Shown in pieces: positions 38,051 through 50,909 of a DNA stretch of 64,000 bases (the stretch's first letter is position 1; each line of letters begins with the position of its first letter). A program made the position numbers and the translations under genes. The notes below the pieces were generated by a model, which saw only the letters and a list, made by a program, of their open reading frames with translations, searched no databases and had not been told where the DNA came from. Origin of the DNA: Camelus dromedarius (Eukaryota); assembly GCF_036321535.1 (NCBI RefSeq), contig NC_087437.1, positions 45,572,001 to 45,636,000 of the forward strand. The letters are read 5' to 3'.

Positions 38051-40039
38051 CGTACTGTCAGATACGAAAACAATATGGGAAGCGGTCAAGTCAGTTGCAC
38101 TGATAGTTGGTGGCATAATACATGATTTTGCTCCATCTGTTTTGTTTTCTTGGCTCTGAGCAAGCCAATCCAAGGTCCTTTCTGTTCATTTAATAACACT
38201 TCTTGTCAAATTTCTCATACATAAAGTTGTATATGCAACCAACACAAGAACAGCAGGCTGGCTGCTAGGCTTGTTTTCAGAAAGGACAAGCAAAAGAATG
38301 GTAACTTCATTCCCACCCAGAGCAGGCAGGTTTTCCTGTTAAGGACTCTCTTGGAGGTGGAGGAGTTCAGCAATCACATCATTTTCCCTTTCAAAGTCTC
38401 TCCCCTGAGCCCTCTGTGGCTTGTCCATGGTACACAATTCAGACTCACCCGACCACTTAGGACATTGGGATCTGGAGGCATTAGCAAGTGCATTTCACAT
38501 TCAAGAGAAGAAACATTAGCAAGCGCAACATTTACTATGCTCTGTGCCTCCAGGATCCGGGGCTTAGACTTTCCATTTCGGCTTCGCTGGTTAGACTGCA
38601 ATCTGAACGAGAGTGCGCAGTGATGCAGTGTGCTGGGCCCTCGTCCATGCCAAGCGGCAGTTTTATCATCAGTAAGGAAGCATTAAGTGAACCCCAGGGA
38701 TAGCATATGTATTGTACTTAGAAGAAGGGGTGAAAACCCACCAACGCTGTGTAACTTAAAAGGTTTTCATGCTGTTCGCAGGAAGCTCTAAGCTTAGATT
38801 CCTTTGTTCCAGTTAAAGAGAAAATGGTTTGAGTAAAGAAAGATGGATTTAAAATAGTGGTTACCTATAGAGTGAACTTAAGTGATAAAGGAAGACAGAT
38901 AGGATAATGCACATTGCCCGGCACGTTAGAGGAGCCACACATTATTTTGTATTTGCAGAAGAGCATGCTTTGGGAAGTGAGCTAGACACCCATTCAAGCG
39001 AATCTTTTTATTGCCTTTGATTACACAATCTTTTAGTCCCTCCTTGTCAGTTTCCAGTAGTCTTCTATTAGAGGAGAATTACAATCAGTCTTTATACCAG
39101 AAAAGCAGAAGCTTGAGGGGAGAGAAAGGACAAACAGAATGGGGCGGATGATAAGAAGGAGAAGATCTAAGTCAAGATTTCATTATGCAAGAAAGATTTG
39201 CATTCCCGTGCCAGGAATAAATAAATGTAAACAAAGATCCCGGACTCTCTTCACGTACAAACGATTCTAACTTCATTCAGCCCTGCAGTCTTGTTACCTG
39301 ATTTACCCTGTGTTCCCTGAATCTGTTCAATTCCCTGCCACCAGGGTTTTATCTCAGCTGCCCCTTCTATCTGTCATATCCTCCTGTCATGACAGCACCT
39401 ACTAAAATCTCTCCCTCCATCATCCAAGTGAGGGTGAGCCCAAGCGCTAAGGGCTCAAAGGGCTTTCTCATATCCTGCTACTGGAATTCCTCTCTCCAGC
39501 AAATTGCTTTTCAACCATAGTTAGCACAGCATATGTATGTGGTTTAGAATTGTTGTTTGTGGAACCATTAAGGTGCCCCCCATCAAATTATGGGCTGTGA
39601 GGGCAGATGCCGTGCCGTACTCATCTGAAGGGTCCAGCAGTTGGCACACAGCTGGAGCACAGTGTGCACCCTCTGCTGGGATCTCAGTGCAGGCCGTGCT
39701 CAACTTGGAGCCTGTAATTTTGATGGATTATGCATAAAGCTAGCTCAGGACTCTCCACGCTTCTTCTGCCTTTTCCAAGAAGGGGTTGCTATTCTCTCTG
39801 CTCCTACCCAGTCTCCACCCCAACAGCTAGCTCTTCTAACCTGGTGCATTTAAATTCAGTCTTGTGAGCTGGTCAATAACTTTTAGAGGATTCCCTAATC
39901 TAAAATCCATTCAAATGTCACACATGTAACTGACACTCACTCTAGCCTTTAATTTGTGATTGTGGGAATGGCCATGACCATTAAAATTGGATAAAAGCTT
40001 TTGTTAGTTAAATATTTGCAAGTAAAGTTTCTTTGGTAT

Positions 40040-40247
40040 ATGGTTTGTTGTAAAAATTTCACATGTATTAACTTAGCCTCATAACAACCCTATATGGTAA
40101 TACTATTGTTCCCACTTTAAAGATAATGCAAACTGAGGCAAAGGGAGTTTAAGTAATTTGCCTAAGTCCTTGCCATTCATAAGCAGTGGACTCGGGCTTT
40201 AAACCTTGGCTGTCTGGCTTCAGAGTCTATGCTTTTAATCACAGCAC
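40040..40247 (-). mobile_element. MIR SINE
   Basis: cctcataacaaccctat...aaactgaggcaaagggagtttaagtaatttgcctaag...ctgtctggcttcagagtc. Confidence 0.8.
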
Positions 40248-41289
40248 AAATGGAAGAGTCAAGTTCTCTGAAGCTCAGATACCAATACAGGAAAAACTAG
40301 TTTATTTGAAATTGTGTATGATGTCAAAGCTGAGGTCAGGACCTGCAAGTTAAAGACTCGAGAGGGTAAATGCTGCTTTTTGCAGTATTCACAGACCAAG
40401 GTTAATGGATAGACATTGATTCAGTTTCCAGTTACTTCTAATTGTTTATAAGATTGGGGGAGGCAGTTAATTATGAGAATGACGTTTGTTTACTTGAATA
40501 TCAACATCTATTTCTGAATAAAAATGAAACTTTAATTATACCAAAGAAATACATCAAGACCCTTTCCTAACCTTCAGAAATCAGCTAAATTAAAGTTCAA
40601 AGTCTTCCCAGAATTTTTGCTCCTTGACAAGCATGAGTTTTCCTGGAAAGACAGTGAATTCTCAGGAATGATGTAACAGATCAATATGGGATGGGTACAG
40701 CATTCTGCTGAGAAAAGCAGCCCTGTGCCTGCAGTTTTTCGACTCTACTGGGCCGGTAAGTATGGGTGTCATGCCTGGACGCTTCCTCATCAAGGCATGA
40801 CAGGTCCCACAGCCTTGCTGGGCTTGTCACCTTGCGTGGGAGGACCTCTCCCTGCTGCACACTCAGGGTGCTCCTTTCTTCTGCTTCAGCGCCTCCAGCA
40901 CACCGCACACAGCACACAGCCAGCCTCGCTGCTATACCTGTCCCCTTCAGGAGGGACAAGTCCTTCCACAGCAGCCCAAGAGGGGTCCATACAGGCCAAC
41001 GGCCCTGGCTTGCTGCCCGGAGGGACCTGCTGGCCATGGGAAACCAAAGCACTGAAGCTGCCTTTGCTGTCTCTTCTCAACATGAGTAAAACAGGGTCTA
41101 GCCCGGGCTCGACTGCAGTGTGTTTTCTTCGGAGACCCTAATACCAAGATGCAGTGGGCAGAAGTGTACTGACTTCTACTCCTGATAATAGACATCAATG
41201 CCGCTGACCCTACACACCCCTCCCTGGGCCCCGATCTGTAGAGTTTCCTGTGTGGCTCCTTCTCAGGGGCCTGCCCCTCATCCACCCTC

Positions 41290-41570
41290 ACTTCCCTTCC
41301 CAGGCGATTTCCTCATTAGATTTCTCCTTGTTCTTCAAAACTCATCTGAACCAACTCCTCCTTAACCATCATTGCACCAGAGACGCACCTCTTCAGAGCT
41401 CTTACAGAACCAGGTTTGTGCCTCAGTCACAGCCACCAGCATGTTCAAGCAGAATGACCCGATGACTTAGAGACTGTCTCTAGACTGTGAACTCATGGGT
41501 GAAGGTACCGTGTCTCATTCAGGTTTCATTACCAGGATCGGACACTGTGCCTGGCACATAGTAGGCATGT
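41290..41570 (+). mobile_element. L2 3' end
   Basis: ctagactgtgaactc...acactgtgcctggcacatagtaggca; the tail taataaatacttgttgagtgag reappears at about 42333. Confidence 0.7.
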
Positions 41571-41571
41571 G

Positions 41572-42325
41572 TTCCTTCCTCCAACACATGTGTATTGAGT
41601 GTCTACTGTGTTGTGGGTGGTAGGTTAGACAGGGTGTACCATGGTGAACGAAAACATGCAAAATCCGTGCCTTCATGACGCTTATCAATTTGCAGGAAAA
41701 ACAAACATCAAATAATCACAGCAAAATGAGCCAACATCAAAACACAACCAGGATGACAGTTCAAATGAGTACAGGCTATATACAATTCTCAGGATATATA
41801 TAATAGAGAAAAATGAAATTAAATATAGAGAAAATTTTTAGAGAAAAAGATGAAGGGGTTTCCCTGAAGAAGTACACCACTGAGCTAAGTTCTCATGGAA
41901 GAATGAGGAAGTATGTTCCAGGCAGAACATCTCAGGCATACGGGGTGGGAGAGAGGATGATGGCTCGGCAGACACAGCCAGGGGGAGCACACTGTGAGCA
42001 GAGGACAGAGAGGCAGCAGAGAGCAGATCCTACAAGAGGCTCTGTAGCACCAAGAGTTTTACCCTTTACCCTTACATCACTAGGAAACATATCATCAAAA
42101 ATTCAATCAAATGTGTTGCAAGATGATTTCTCTGCTGCAGTACAGACAGAAGGAATGGATGGGTGGGGAGGTGGTACATGGGATGCGCGGAGATCGATGA
42201 GGAGATGGGGCCGGACCCAGGAGAAGGTGACGCGGCCTGGAATGGCAACTGTGCAATGGTGAGTAACGGACGGATCCGAGAGACACTTAAAACGTCAAAG
42301 TCTGGGTACTGGTGACAGATTTGAA
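41572..42325 (-). mobile_element. L2 fragment inserted antisense into the tail of another L2
   Basis: caacacatgtgtattgagtgtctactgtg...tgccttcatgacgctta...gttccaggcaga...tctgctgcagt. Confidence 0.65.
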
Positions 42326-42819
42326 TTCATTTAATAAATACTTGTTGAGTGAGTAAAGGATTGGAAGAAGAAGAATCTGGGGTGACTACTAAAATCCCTG
42401 CATGTCTGAGAACCGTGCAGCACTATCCGGAAGTTAAGCTTTAACAGAAGCCGACTCGCCTCCAGAGAGAGAGCATGCGCACCTGAGAGCAGTGAACTCA
42501 GCGAGGCAGCGTCCTTAATCTAACACAATTTTCTCTCTTCCAGCGGTGATTTCCATCCATGGTGTCCAGTGAGTGCCCTGAAGCTGCTGGTCTTGTCAGC
42601 CATGGTAATGGACTAGGCAGCTCAGGCTGGGGTGGGGGTGGTTCAGTTCAAAGGGGACGCTTCAAGTGCAGCTCCAGGGAAATGACGGTAGCTTGTACCC
42701 CCCCAACCCCCGATAGCTGGTTCAACGCCACCCTCCTGGGCCCTCTATGGCACAGCTGTGGTGCTCAGAGTTATCTTTCTTTAAGAAATAAAAACGACTT
42801 ATTAGAAACCATCACCACC

Positions 42820-43740
42820 ATTGCCTGTCTCCCATTATAAACACAATGTATGTTAACTGACTTGAGAAATACAGAATAACATAAAGAAGAAAATTAAAAC
42901 CATCTGTAAATCCCCCAATAGGGGGAAAAAAAGAAAACAACACTATTCTCTGGAGAAAAGTTAACAGTTGTAGTTAAGAACTTAGGCTGCACAGTTAGAC
43001 AAGAACATTGGTCTTTACCCCGAGAGCACTGAGAAATCAAATAATCAGATTTGTTCTCCAAAGTGATTTGTCTGTTGCTGTAAGGATAGAGAATGAAAGG
43101 ATAGGTGAGGAGGTAGTACGCTTGGATATAGAAAGATAAATGAGGAGTCCAAATCGCAGCTCCAATTCTAGTAATTAAGAATATATGGGAAAATCGCTAA
43201 TGAGACTAACCCATAAGTTCCTCACATGTGCAGGTGAATGATAATAGTACCTGTTTGGGGGCTGGTGTGTATAAATCCCTTAGCACAATACACAGCATAT
43301 ATTAAGTCTCTGATAAATGCCTAGACATTTTCAGTATTTAGTATTCTACCTTGCATTTTTGTACTAGCACTGAGATTATCATATATAAAATTTTATAGTC
43401 CACTCTTTTTAGCATTATTATTTTCTCATGTTATTAACAGTTCCTTGAAAGCATTATTTGTAATGGTTGTATAATATTCCACCCTGTAGATACACTACAC
43501 ATAAAATCATTTCCTTATTGTCAGGCATTGAAATTGCTTCCAAATTATAACTGTAATAATGTGGTAATGAACACCTCCAAGTACAAAATTTTTTCTGCAT
43601 TTTAAATTAAAATTAAGATGGGTCCTCAAAGGAATAACCATAGGGACCAGTGGTATGAAAATTGTGAGCTTCTTAGTATATGTTACCAAATTGCTACCCA
43701 CAAAGGTGGTGGGTGTGACATTTCTACCAGCAAAGTTTAC
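42820..43740 (-). mobile_element. Old L1ME-like 3' end with an internal MIR (about 42955-43320, +)
   Basis: gtaatggttgtataatattcc; ccttattgtcaggcattgaaattgcttcca; tgttaccaaattgct. Confidence 0.55.
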
Positions 43741-45849
43741 ATTTATACCAACATGGAAGTATTTTACTGTCTTACTCTTTCAAGAAACAGATCTTTGAAG
43801 GAATCTGCCAGGTCAACCATCTGAAGGAAATTAGGATTTGGTTGAGCATTTATTAAGTGCCACACTTGAAACCTCTTATCCAATCCCTTGTTAGCTTTAT
43901 GAGATGGTTAGCCCCGGCTTTCTTTTGCACCCAGCAGGCTGAGTTGAATTAGAAAAGCAGGTTAAGATATCACCGGGCACCACACTCCTGTCAACCCACT
44001 GCCCTCCTTCCACTGTGTCCCAAGTGTCTTGAGACATGTTCCCTTGCTTCCTGAGAGTCACCTCCCAGTGTCCAAACTCTCCAAGGACATACGACCACAT
44101 GCACGAATTATTCTTGGTAACTCATCCTGAAATAAGAACAAGTATACAAATATGTATGTTTTGATAAGTTCTGTATGGAAAATTATGATGCTTGAGACAG
44201 TGCAAAAGGGAGACTAATTCTGATGGGCAGACCAGTGAATACTTTCTGAAAAAGGACACTTGGCTTGAATGTACCTTTGTCCAGCAGGTTCAGTGGCTCT
44301 GAGACCACTCAATGAGTAGAAAAAAGGCCAACACAGAAAGGATCAAGTGAGCAGGTGGAAATATTTACATGAGTAGGTTACAAAGTAAGAAAACTCCAGA
44401 TCATATTGGGCTTTGTAGGCCATACTGCAGAATTTGGATTTTATCTTAATTGCAAAAGAATGATTACACCAGCTCCAGTATATATACAGTCTCTTCGTTT
44501 ACATCTAAAGACCAGCAGAAGGGAAAAAAAAGAGAAATTCTACAAGAAAACATCTATATAATAACAATGTTTCCTCTCATCTTCACTCAATATACCAGTT
44601 CTTGACCTTGGGAAAAGATAAGGAAAACTCACTGGTTTATTGGTTCGTCCTATGCCCTATATCAACATCCTGTCAGCACCTATTTAAAATGAGTTCATCT
44701 ATGGACTTTCTAAACGAAAGCATTTCTCCACCCACTATTTCACAGGATGTCCTAAAGTGGCTTAGCTTCCTGGAATTTTTAGTAATATCTGCAATAATTT
44801 TTAGATTGCATATGCCTCTTAACAAAACTCCTTTCCAGACTTGGCCCCAAAAACAAACTAAATCATTAGCCAACCAACATTTCCAGAATGCCCACTGCAT
44901 ACAGAGCACTGAATTTATCTCTTCAAGCAGATAAATAAGCTATCCTGCTCACAGATTGCTAAAACTCTAGGCCATACATGCGGTAACAGTAATAGTAGAA
45001 TTTTCCTGCCTTTGCCGACACCTGTCTTGAGAAAAGTAAGACTGAATTGCCGTTGAGGACCTACTTTTCATTCAGAGAAGCACCCTCAGGATCACAGAAA
45101 ACATCTCACTGCAGAATCAAGTCCCCAGGATCATTCAGTGGTCCTGATGGCAACAGTCCTCCCTGGCACATGGCAGGAGTTCCATGAGCTTTCCCTTGGG
45201 AAGCCCCTTTGCAGCCACTGGCTCTCACACAGACTCGAAGGAAATCTTACTGTTGTTTTTAAGAACCGCAAAAACTTGATGTAAACTTCCACTTCAACTC
45301 TGCTCCAACACATTGACAGATTCATTAGCTGGACACACCAAATTATCAGAATTTAGGAAGCATGAAATGTATGCCTACATGAAGGCAAAGCAGACCCAAA
45401 ATAATTTTCTCAGCTTTTTAGAGGGGTTGTGGGTGAGAAGAGCAGCACACCTGCTCATGACTCACATTTCCACATTTTGCCAACAAGGTACTTTACTTGA
45501 CCAATTTCCAGCTGCTCTGCCCACCGCAGTAACTAAAGAACAGAGCTGAATCTCAGCCACAGCCCTGTGAACACAGGACTAGGAGACAGCTCTGTATGCT
45601 CCCATACTTGGCGTGCGCGCGCACACACACACAAAGTAGACACACACAACCCCCGAATCCTCTGGGGAAGGAAGAATTGGAAATAAAAATGTACTCACAG
45701 CCTGACAAGTGGGTAGCAAAATATTGATTCGAGCTTCTTAAAAGAAGTAAAATATGTGGACTTGGGGAAGAACCATGTGTGGGAGGGAATCATATCTCAC
45801 AAGATGAAAGAAGATAAAGCAAGTTGAGAGGGAAAAAGCCAGCAGCTTT

Positions 45850-46400
45850 CTCACCACCAGCTCCGAGGCTGGCGGGTGTAGCTGGGCCAGGTGGGGAGCC
45901 CCGGGGAGGGGGAGCATCCTCTACGAATCCCGCTGCAGGGGGCAGTCCCGCTCCCCAGATGCATATCGGATAGACACAGAGAGGTCACGTGGCCCAGCAG
46001 AGCTACCCAGGCCCACGGGATTTCCGGACCCTGTGTCCTAATGTTGGTCTTCACATTCTCTGTGTCTCAGGTCTTATGAAATAGGCACAAAACCTGCTTA
46101 GCTCACAAGAAAATGCGTTTTATAAGCCTCTGAGAGTAGAACCCATCTCGAATTGTTGTCTGCGCTGTCTGTAAAAGATGTGGCAGCCTAGAGGAGGGAG
46201 GAGGCCGGGACTTGGAGGCACAGAGCTTAGGGCTTCCAGTCAGTTATTCTGCTGCTGCGACCTTCAGAGACCTCATTCTTAGCTCCCAGCACGGGGCAAC
46301 GGTGCCTGCTCTGCCTGGCACTCTGGGCAGCTGTGAAAAACACAAGGTATAAAGGCGTGTCATTCACGTGACGCACCATAAGGGGGCGCCATGATGAACG
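45850..46400. promoter_or_regulatory. Candidate cis-regulatory element (E-boxes, CTCF-like site)
   Basis: Local GC/CpG rise; GTCACGTGG 45984-45992; TCACGTGAC 46364-46372; CCATAAGGGGGCGCC 46376-46390. Confidence 0.4.
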
Positions 46401-46711
46401 TGGGCCTGGCACTGGGTACTTGGTGCCCCTTGGAGGAAGACAAAGAACCAAGTCACCAGAAGCTAGTCACTGAGGTGGCAGATGGATATTAAACCTCAAA
46501 ACCTTCCCACAGAGCATCTAGCAGCTCAGAGGACAAACTACTGGGACATACTGACATTGATGGGCACTCAGTATTTTTCCCACAGCCCAGAGATCCTATA
46601 ATCCAGAGGACACCTCGGGATAGGTAAGTCTCTAAGGTCTTTTGTTTGACTCATTGATCAGCTGGTTTTGTTTCATTGCTAAAACAAGACAGTGGCAGAC
46701 TTCCCATAGAG

Positions 46712-46885
46712 TAACTTCTGAAACTGAAACTGCAGTGGGCAGATGCATCGATCAGCCTGCAGACTTGGTAAAACGTGGATTCGGATTCTGTACATCTGGG
46801 GCGGGGCCTGACAGTCGACCTTTTTGACAAGCTCCAGGGTGATGCCCACTCTGCGGTTCTACATACCACCTCTGAGGTAGCTAGG
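46712..46885 (-). mobile_element. hAT-Charlie MITE (MER5A1-like)
   Basis: ttggtaaaacgtggattcggattc...tctggggcggggcctga...acaagctccagggtgatgc. Confidence 0.7.
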
Positions 46886-49269
46886 CTGTCCATGGCATGT
46901 GAGAGAGGCCTGGGAAAGATATAGATGTCTACTTTCATAGGAGAAAGGACCCAATGTAAACCCCTAAATCCGCATTCGAGGACAGTGAGGTCAAGGGTTA
47001 GCAGACCTGTCCAGCATCACCAGAAGACAGAGGTCCCAACCCCACCTGCCCACCCCACGTTCTACCCTCCACCAGTCAGTCTGGCTCTAACACTCTTGGC
47101 CCTTTTGCCCTTGGCTTCCTTTTCCTGTCTCCCTTTCTGCTCCTTCTGGGAGGGAGCGGGGGAGGGGAGAAAATGACTGTGGTACATGAAGTATATCCTA
47201 GCTCTGAATCATAGAATCTCTTACCTAAAGGAGATAAGGCAAGCAATGAGGATGAGTTTCCAGAGAGAAAAAAAGCTAATCACATCCCAGTTCTTAATAT
47301 CCCACATTGGCTTCAACTTCAAGGGATCAGTTAATGGCACCTCATTTTGTTTCCAAGGCTGGTCCCTGGTGCCTGTGCCTTCCACATTTCTGTGAGCATT
47401 GCATCTAGAGGGGCCATATCTTCTGAAGAATTAGATTCCTAACTCACCCATCTTATTAGGACCCTCGAAAGAAAAATCTCTTGATCTAAGGAAGGGAAAA
47501 GATTTTTAAGTAAAAATGTTGAAACTGAAGTTAGCTCCCAACACACCCTCTACTCATGGGCTATGTTCCAAAAGTGAAAAGGGGGAGAAACACAATTTGC
47601 ATTGAATGAACTTCAGCTCTGCTCCCAATCACACAAATTTATGAAAATCATGCTTTAAAAGCCTCCTTGAAGTTTTCAGTTCTTTTTGATGCCAATTATC
47701 CAACCAAAAGCATAAAATTGGAAACCATTTCTTTGATCCATCTTTTCTGTCCACCTAAGGATATGAACTAAACAAGGGGGAAAGTGGCTAAAGAAGTGAA
47801 AAGAATTGTTCTTGGGGGAAAAAAATGGAAACTCCGCAAATACTTTTAAATACACACAGAATTTGCCTTTTAGAGAAGTGCTGCATTTTCACCTACCATT
47901 TGATCACGAATGGAGTATTTGAAGAAAGATTTGGCTCTAAATGAGGCTTTACACATACACAGGAGTATTTGTTCCCAAGTGTTTCTATTATGCCAGTAAA
48001 TACTGAACAGCAATGGGTACACTTCACACAGTGAGAACTGTCCACTTCAGTCAGCATTGTACTAAGTGCCTTTCCCAGTATAAGCATTAAAGTTTCACAA
48101 GAAAATTTGCCCACAATGACTATGCTGCGAGAACTCTGTAGGACTCTCCCTAGGTTATTTAGACTTCATTATTAACATGTATTTTTAAATGCCCTTGTTA
48201 AGACCGGAGTCCTTGTAAAATTAAGATTAAAATACCCCCTCCCTGTGTGTATAAAGACCCCTGGCATTGGGGACAAAAATATATTATAACGAGACAGATT
48301 TAAGGGTTCAGAAAGTTTCTTCTGAGTTCTAAACAGCTTCTTTCAATTCAGTGAGGTGCCATTAACTAAAAAATCCCTATAGGAACCTACAGGACACCTA
48401 AGAGCTTATAGATTTAATGTCACCTTAAGGATTTAGCCCTTTTCCTCCAAAGCTGGGTTCTTATTTATTAAATCTTAGAATAAATAAGAAATTGCACTGA
48501 TCATATTTAGTCAGTGAATTAAGGAACCATCTTAGGTCACTGACGTAAAGTGAAGCCAAAAGAAATGTGCTTTCATATTGCAGAACAGGCACGTGTTCAC
48601 TAAGTCTGTTTCTCCATAGGTCACCAGGCACTCGAGGACATCAAAGAGGTCTGAGACGAGGAGTGGGAAGAATGAGAAGTACAAAAGGACAAAAGACACT
48701 CAGGCTCTGCACCCAGATGAAAATTCCTGGAAGCAGTCACTGGCTTAGAGCTCATCAACCAAATAGCTTTTGTTACCTCTTCACTTATGTGTCCAACCCT
48801 TCTCAACATACCTCTCCCCTCCCCTGACCTCTACCCAACTCTTCCTCTAGACAGATCTGATAAAAACATATTTAAAACTCCCAGTGATATGGAGAGGTGA
48901 GAAGGGGGCTTGAGGTTGATAGACACAATAAGCAAAAAGTTGAAGTGATCTCAGGTTATTTTCACAATGTAAAGGGGTGTGAAAATAAAAAAGTACAAAT
49001 AATAGGAATTTTCCAAGAACGTCAGGTTACCACAAGACAAAATATAAATGGGGATGACACTTCTTTCTAAATTGGGAAACGAGGACAAACAAAAGACCAA
49101 AGTTGCAAACAATTTCTTCCAAGATTAAGTCACTGCCATAAAAAGAAGCCTAAACTCGCCAAGGGCTGTCCTGAGTCATCAGATCTGTGAAAATATAGGA
49201 TAGGTCACTGGAAATGTATACCACAGTTAAGAATCCAGAGTTTGAGGATAGGAAGACAAAATATCTTCA

Positions 49270-49560
49270 AGACATCCGTTCTTCCAAAATCGATCTATAG
49301 GCTCAGTGCAACTCCAAAAAAAGCACCAACAGGGTTTCTAATGGAATATCACAGACTGTTCTAAAATTGGTATAGAAATACAGCGATCCAAGAATAGCTG
49401 AGGATCTCATAGAGAAGAATGAAGTCAGGTAATCATCCCAGATATAAAAAGTTACCAAGCTATAGTAATAAAAACAATGTGGTATTGCTGCTATAGGAAT
49501 GAAAAACAGACCAATAGAATAAAGAGCTCATAGATACCCAACATACATGGAAACAATATC
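49270..49560 (+). mobile_element. Old L1 ORF2 fragment
   Basis: ccaaaatcgatctataggctcagtgcaact; aagctatagtaataaaaacaatgtggtattg. Confidence 0.75.
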
Positions 49561-49596
49561 TAATAATGATAGTTAATATTAAAGTATAATTCATCT

Positions 49597-49685
49597 GATA
49601 GCATGATGGTTAAGAGTATGAACTTTGGAGCCAGAATGCCTGCATTCAAAGCCCAGTTCTACCACCTATTAGTTGTACCAGTTTA
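49597..49685 (+). mobile_element. MIR 5' (tRNA-like) portion
   Basis: agcatgatggttaagagtatgaactttggagccagaatgcctgcattcaaagcccagttctaccac. Confidence 0.75.
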
Positions 49686-49699
49686 CTTATTTACAAAGT

Positions 49700-50070
49700 G
49701 GGAGGACATCTCATAGACATACAAACCTCGTAGTTTTGATACTTCTGCACAGTGTCCTCCCCCATGGAATCATGTCTCACCCTGTATGACCAACAGAATA
49801 TTGAGGAAGTAACATGTGTTTTTCAATGTTAGGCATAAAAAACATTGCAGCTTCTGTTTTGACCTCTTGGAACACTCTCTGTGAGGGTAGCCATCTGCTA
49901 TATTATAAAGCCACTCAAATAGCCCCATGGAGAGGCCTAGCACAGGGGAACAGAGGCCCTTATCCAACAGCCAGACAAACTTGCCAGACAAACTTGCCAG
50001 ACATGTGAGTGAACCACCTTGAAAGTAGAACCTCAATCTTGAATCTTGGCGTCAGATAACTACAGAGGTA
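49700..50070 (+). mobile_element. MaLR MLT1 (F/G/H-like) LTR fragment
   Basis: gaccaacagaatattgaggaagtaac; ttgcagcttctg; ttgccagacatgtgagtgaaccaccttgaaagtag. Confidence 0.7.
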
Positions 50071-50909
50071 ATGCCAACATGGTCTAATATGATTGCTGGT
50101 CCATTGCAGGCATAGAATAAATTAGAAATTTTGTTTGCATTATCATTGTACAATATTAGAAATTTAGCAGAAAGTCATGGCACAGAGAGCTCTATTCTGT
50201 GCCCACAAGGACAGTGTGTGAATCATCTTTGCATTCTCATGGCCTAGTATGGACACCATAAAATATGTCTTCATGAAACTCAACAGTGCCATGCACTGTT
50301 CTAGGCAGTGGATGAATGAATTAATGCCTAAAAAACTACTCCAGCTGTTCCATCACAGCAGTGCAACGCATGATGAGTAAAATCCTTGAGTAGGGAAAAA
50401 CAAACAAACAAACAAAAAAACCTGAAAACTCAAGGGCTTAGACAAACAATCTCTTAAACCAGTCCAAATTCCCTCTCCTTCAAGGAACCTAGTTCACCTA
50501 GTCTGGCTGAGCACTTTGTTCACTTTATTCATACCACTGAAATACTCATGGGGAAAAAAAAATCACAGGTAGAAAGTTAAAGTAGCACAGAATTTAAATA
50601 CTCAAATGTTAACATAGTCCTCATATAGTCCACCCAACTTTTAAATGATCTGTACAGGTTGATTTAAGTTATAATGAATTTCAAAAGTAAACGGGAGTTT
50701 ATAGATATCTCTCTCTAATACATTATAAATTTAAGCTGTATTAGAATATGTATGTCGGTGTTTTCATAATTTAATCAGTTGCTCTGGAGGCCAAAGAAAG
50801 TTGTTTCTTTAAACAACTTAGAATATATTGGGAGCACTGTTTTACAGTGGATGGCTTTGAGATTATACAAATATTTTTCATCCAGTACACAGGTAAACTT
50901 TTTCTATTT

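Noticed and set aside
40681..41291. Several overlapping 100-150 aa ORFs on both strands
   Set aside because: Locally GC-rich sequence with few stop codons; no recognisable domain.
45690..45750. Minus-strand exon-like NQYFATHLSG, reminiscent of RAD51B NQITTHLSG
   Set aside because: Similarity limited to a few residues, flanks do not match, and the acceptor is weak.
49970..50003. 13-bp tandem duplication (also an 18-bp one near 59826-59856)
   Set aside because: Ordinary slippage duplications with no spacers; not CRISPR-like.
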